From: Halobacteriovoraceae bacterium
GTDB lineage: Bacteria; Bdellovibrionota; Bacteriovoracia; Bacteriovoracales; Bacteriovoracaceae
Length of the DNA: 64,000 nt
Direction of reading: 5' to 3'
Assembly: GCA_963719505.1 (NCBI GenBank)
Contig: CAVRCF010000001.1
Span: 384,001-448,000, forward strand
The notes under the pieces are model-generated. The model saw only the letters and a list, made by a program, of their open reading frames with translations, was not told where the DNA came from and searched no databases. A program made the translations under genes and the position numbers. Positions 60,121 through 64,000 of the stretch are shown in pieces. Each line of letters starts with the position of its first letter. The stretch's first letter is position 1.

Positions 60121-61745
60121 TGGACGTGAACGCTTACAATTGGCTTATAGCCCAGAATATTATTGTATGTTTGTCTCGCTTTAATTCTAAGTTTTTCCGC
60201 AGAGTAATCATTGTCTTTATTTTTCATATCTGTAAAAAAGTATTGAGAGAGAATATCAAGGAAGTCCTCCTCATATGCGTCGATATGTTTGGGTAGTCCT
60301 TTGTGAGTGAGAGTAAGACTTCTTCCTTTTTTAGAGACACTTATGAAGATCGCACCATTGCAGGCCATCTTTCTTCTCTCTGAGATCTTTTCTCTTTCAA
60401 TTTCAAGGTTGCGACTATGGATTAGCTTGGGCTCACTCGCCTCTTGGTTAACAATCGAGTATGAAAAGTCTGAAGCTAATGCCAGGGTATCGAAATTCTT
60501 CATCAGTATTGGAACTGCATTAGTATTTTCTTTGATGAAATTAATATGTCGATTGAGAAAAAATACTTCACCGTGAATAGGAACATAATGAGTGGGATTA
60601 ATTTCTTCCAACAAGGCCAAGAGATCTTTTTGTCCTGGATGGCCTGAGGCATGAATATTCTTTTCAGAGGCTGTTATGATTTGCGCTCCTTTTAAGGCTA
60701 TATCATTGTAAATTCTATAAACCTTTTTTTCATTACCGGGAATTGCTTTTGAGCTAAAAAGAAAAAGATCTCTTTCATTTACTTTAAAGTATTTGTGCTC
60801 ACCTGATGTGACTCTTCTTAGCGCACCAAAGTGGTCTCCTTGGCAGCCTGTAAGCATTATTATTAAGTTGTCAGCACCATGATTATTAAGCTGTTCAGAC
60901 TCTCTATAGACACTCATGTCTTTATCAATAAGACCACAAGCTTCAGCGGCTTCTAGATACGAAAATAATGATCTTCCAACTGGAACAATATGTTTTTTGT
61001 GTTTCTTCGCCATTTCAAAAAGTGTTCTCATTCTCCAAATATTAGATGAAAACATAGTGACAAAAATTCTTTGTTTACGGCTTAATATCTCATCTAGATC
61101 ATCTAATAAATCTCTTTCGGACAAAGTCCTTGTTGGAGAGAGAATATTGGTTGAATCTAGGAAGCAATATCTCTTTTCTGCCTGGTTAAAGAGCCTTTTC
61201 ACTTTTTGAATATCAAAAGCATCTTCGTAAAGCGGATTGAGATCGTATTTGAAGTCTGAAATAAAAAGAAGAGAAAGTTCATTCCCCTTGTCTTTAAGAA
61301 TAAGGCCAAAGGTATGGGGAATCGAATGTGTAACATGAATTGGATGGAGTTCAAACTCACCAAAATCGAGATGGTCGTCTTTTGTGTAGACATTTATCTT
61401 TGCCGGCAATTTTGCTTCATCAAACTTTCTTCGCAAAAGCTTTGCTGCGAAATCTGGAGCATAAATTTTAGCATCAGGCATTTCAGTAAAAAGATGAACG
61501 GCTGCCCCAATATGGTCTTCATGGCCATGGGTGAAAAATATTTTTGTTGGCTTGGTTTTATCAAGCTTTTGAATATCGACAATTAAATAATTCAAATCAA
61601 AAAAGTCTTCGTATGGAAAAAGTATCCCGTAGTCGACAATTATTCTTTCTTCACTCGTTTCAAAAACGGTCATATTTGAGCCAATCTCACCGACTCCACC
61701 CATTGGGGTGATACTCAAACGACTATTCTTGATGTGCAAGTTCAT
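60117..61745 (-). CDS. rnj: Ribonuclease J
   Basis: PMGGVGEIGSN, THGHEDHIG, IPGNE, HASGH, VPIHGE. Confidence 0.95.
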   Translation of the reverse strand: MNLHIKNSRLSITPMGGVGEIGSNMTVFETSEERIIVDYGILFPYEDFFDLNYLIVDIQKLDKTKPTKIFFTHGHEDHIGAAVHLFTEMPDAKIYAPDFAAKLLRRKFDEAKLPAKINVYTKDDHLDFGEFELHPIHVTHSIPHTFGLILKDKGNELSLLFISDFKYDLNPLYEDAFDIQKVKRLFNQAEKRYCFLDSTNILSPTRTLSERDLLDDLDEILSRKQRIFVTMFSSNIWRMRTLFEMAKKHKKHIVPVGRSLFSYLEAAEACGLIDKDMSVYRESEQLNNHGADNLIIMLTGCQGDHFGALRRVTSGEHKYFKVNERDLFLFSSKAIPGNEKKVYRIYNDIALKGAQIITASEKNIHASGHPGQKDLLALLEEINPTHYVPIHGEVFFLNRHINFIKENTNAVPILMKNFDTLALASDFSYSIVNQEASEPKLIHSRNLEIEREKISERRKMACNGAIFISVSKKGRSLTLTHKGLPKHIDAYEEDFLDILSQYFFTDMKNKDNDYSAEKLRIKARQTYNNILGYKPIVSVHVQ

Positions 61746-62350
61746 AATGTTAGAATTCCTTTAAGCTTAGATCCCAAGATATCGGCTGCAACATCTGTTT
61801 CCTCTCCAACTGTAAAGTCTGCAAATTGCTTTTGTGGGTCTAAGTATTTCTGGTACATGGGTCTTACTGTTTCGTAATACTGAGCAATGACTGATTCTAA
61901 AGACCTTCCCCTATCATTAACGTCTCTATGAAGTCTTCTGGTAAAGCGAATATCTGAGTCGACATGGAGGAAGCATTTAATATCAAGCATTGAGCGAATC
62001 TCTTTGTCAAAAAGAGTAAAGATTCCCTCAAAAAGAACCATCTGGCATGGGCCAACTGTTGTTGTTTCGCTAAGTCTTGAGTTGGTTTTAAAATCATATC
62101 GTGGACACTCAATCGTCTTACCAGCTTTTAAGTCTGAAATATGGGAGTTGAGTAATTCCCAATCAAAAGAATGAGGGTGATCAAAGTTGGGTGATCCTGA
62201 ATTTGTAAAAATATGTTTAGGAGGCTCGTTTAAATAATAAGAATCCATATGAAGAATGATTGCATTTTCTTCACCGATACTTTTTAAAACCTTTTTAGCA
62301 AATGTGGTCTTTCCCGATCCTGATCCACCTGCGATACCAACAATGTACAT
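61742..62350 (-). CDS. udk: Uridine kinase
   Basis: GIAGGSGSGKTT, NFDHP, RRLHRDVNDRGR. Confidence 0.95.
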   Translation of the reverse strand: MYIVGIAGGSGSGKTTFAKKVLKSIGEENAIILHMDSYYLNEPPKHIFTNSGSPNFDHPHSFDWELLNSHISDLKAGKTIECPRYDFKTNSRLSETTTVGPCQMVLFEGIFTLFDKEIRSMLDIKCFLHVDSDIRFTRRLHRDVNDRGRSLESVIAQYYETVRPMYQKYLDPQKQFADFTVGEETDVAADILGSKLKGILTL

Positions 62351-62480
62351 ATATCTCCTAATAATTTTGAATAGATACGTATTAACATAGAATCGTGAAA
62401 TTTAAAATTAATTAGAGTAATAATTATAATGATTTGAAGTTCCAATATGCGAATTGGGTAAAGATAGTTATAAGGGCAGC

Positions 62481-63443
62481 ATGAACAAATATTTTTATGT
62501 AAAATTGACTCTTAAAGAAGGATCTTTAGGCCAAGAGGACTTAGAGCGGCTAGCTTTTACAGACTTTGGAGCTACTGGAATAGAAGAATTCTCAATTGAT
62601 GAACCAAAAGTTGATGAAATCCTAGGCGAAAGGTCCTATTCGGGAGCTGACATTCCAGTGTCCGTGATAGAAGAAGTAGAACTTCGTGTTAACACGGAGT
62701 CTAATAACGCGAAAAACATCCACTTCAATTCAAAAAAAGAGGCAAAAGCTTTTCAGGATTGGTTCGAATCAACAAGTTACGGAAGCTCAGAAATCATCGA
62801 AAAGAACATTGAAGATTGGAATGAATCTTGGAGAGAATCCTATAAGCCTATCGCTGTAAGTGAAAATTTCGTTATCGTTCCTTCTTGGATGAAAGACACC
62901 TACCAGGGAGCTGAAAAATATAAACTATACATCTATCCTGGTATGGGATTTGGAACTGGTAGTCACGAGACGACCTTTCTTTGTTTGAAGCTGCTGACCA
63001 CTCTTAAATTGAAAAAAGAAACAGCATGCTTAGACTTTGGTTGTGGTTCCGGAATTTTAGGCTTAGGTCTGAGGCTAATAGATAGTAAATCGACTATTGA
63101 TCTGTATGATATCGATCAGGAAGCCCTTGATAATTGTGTTCAGAACTTGGATCTAAATGAGACGTCTAGAGAAAATATAAGACTACTCTTACCAAAAGAT
63201 AGAGAGAAAATTAATAAAAAATATGATGTTGTCTTTGCCAATATTTTAAAAAATGTATTAGAGATTGAAAAACCCTATCTTACTCAATGTCTGAATGACG
63301 GTGGCGTGCTTATTCTATCTGGTTTATTAAAAGAGCAAGAAGAAGATATCATTCAGCAGTACCAGGAATATCAGCCAAAGCTTCAATTAAAAAATGTCCT
63401 AAGGGATGGTGATTGGATAGCCATTATGTTCTGCCTACCATGA
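62481..63443 (+). CDS. prmA: Ribosomal protein L11 methyltransferase
   Basis: EDWNESW, PGMGFGTGSHETT, LDFGCGSGIL, ANIL, LSGLL. Confidence 0.93.
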   Translation: MNKYFYVKLTLKEGSLGQEDLERLAFTDFGATGIEEFSIDEPKVDEILGERSYSGADIPVSVIEEVELRVNTESNNAKNIHFNSKKEAKAFQDWFESTSYGSSEIIEKNIEDWNESWRESYKPIAVSENFVIVPSWMKDTYQGAEKYKLYIYPGMGFGTGSHETTFLCLKLLTTLKLKKETACLDFGCGSGILGLGLRLIDSKSTIDLYDIDQEALDNCVQNLDLNETSRENIRLLLPKDREKINKKYDVVFANILKNVLEIEKPYLTQCLNDGGVLILSGLLKEQEEDIIQQYQEYQPKLQLKNVLRDGDWIAIMFCLP

Positions 63444-64000
63444 GAGCTTGTTATTTAGAAAACCTAAGTGAGTATGGATCAACTATCGAGCTAAGTACCA
63501 AAGCTATGCACCATCTTGTGAATGTGGTTCGGCTTAAAGTCGGCGATGAATTAAAGTTTTTTGATCGCGACCAAAATATTAGTCTTGTCTCGACTGAAGA
63601 AATAACAAAGAAAAATATGATATTCAGAGTTTTAGAAAAAAGTAAGGCTCAAGAATGTAAAATCAAATTAAGCTTTGCCATAGGGAAACTGAAAAAAGAT
63701 GCTATGGACTTGGCCATAAAGCAACTTGTTGAGATTGGTGCATCCAAAATTATCATTTTCGAGTCTACCTTCTCACAAGCCTACCCTATCAAAATTGAAA
63801 GGCTTGAAAAAATAATTATCTCGGCAATGGAGCAATCAAATAATTTCAACTTTCCAGAGATCAACTTTATGAAGCTCGACGATTTGTTGAAAAGTGAAAA
63901 AAATAAAATATATTTTAGCTCTGTAACCTCGGAGGATCAAAAAATTGACGCTTTTAATGAGAATTCAATTTTTATCATAGGTCCAGAGGGCGGAATGAGC
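63440..64000 (+). CDS. rsmE: 16S rRNA m3U1498 methyltransferase (3' truncated by window)
   Basis: Own translation from ATG 63440: HHLVNVVRL, QLVEIG, AMEQS, IGPEGG; prmA-rsmE synteny. Confidence 0.9.
   Translation, partial: MRACYLENLSEYGSTIELSTKAMHHLVNVVRLKVGDELKFFDRDQNISLVSTEEITKKNMIFRVLEKSKAQECKIKLSFAIGKLKKDAMDLAIKQLVEIGASKIIIFESTFSQAYPIKIERLEKIIISAMEQSNNFNFPEINFMKLDDLLKSEKNKIYFSSVTSEDQKIDAFNENSIFIIGPEGGMS

Overview
AT-rich bacterial chromosomal window, most likely from a predatory Bdellovibrionota (Bacteriovoracaceae/Halobacteriovorax-like; inferred from the gyrA-TPR-atpZ/I-atpB-atpE order, recR-mglB-mglA and protein style), probably close to the replication origin. Housekeeping backbone: gyrB/gyrA (heavily frameshifted, most likely sequencing error), Fo genes only, pdxA-surA-ppiC-mfd, serS, four tRNAs, murI, tadA, SRP RNA, dnaX-ybaB-recR-mglB-mglA-dksA-mtnP, a dcw cluster (rsmH to ftsZ, without mraZ or ddl), rnj, udk, prmA and partial rsmE. 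Highlights: (1) seven overlapping, very hydrophobic unannotated ORFs (11645-15950) whose order, relative sizes and residual motifs suggest an eroded complex I membrane arm (nuoA-H-J-K-L-M-N), with no peripheral-arm genes and without the canonical charged residues, translationally coupled to a 1040-aa GYF_2/TM/TPR protein; (2) a MurD whose catalytic motifs are systematically substituted; (3) two tandem integrase-less cargo units at tRNA-Ser(GGA), bounded by 56-bp and 25-bp copies of the tRNA 3' end and by arm-site-like direct repeats, followed by an intact IS3-family element; (4) sigma28-like and sigma54-like promoters before secreted-protein genes. All assignments are by-eye motif recognition; no searches were run.
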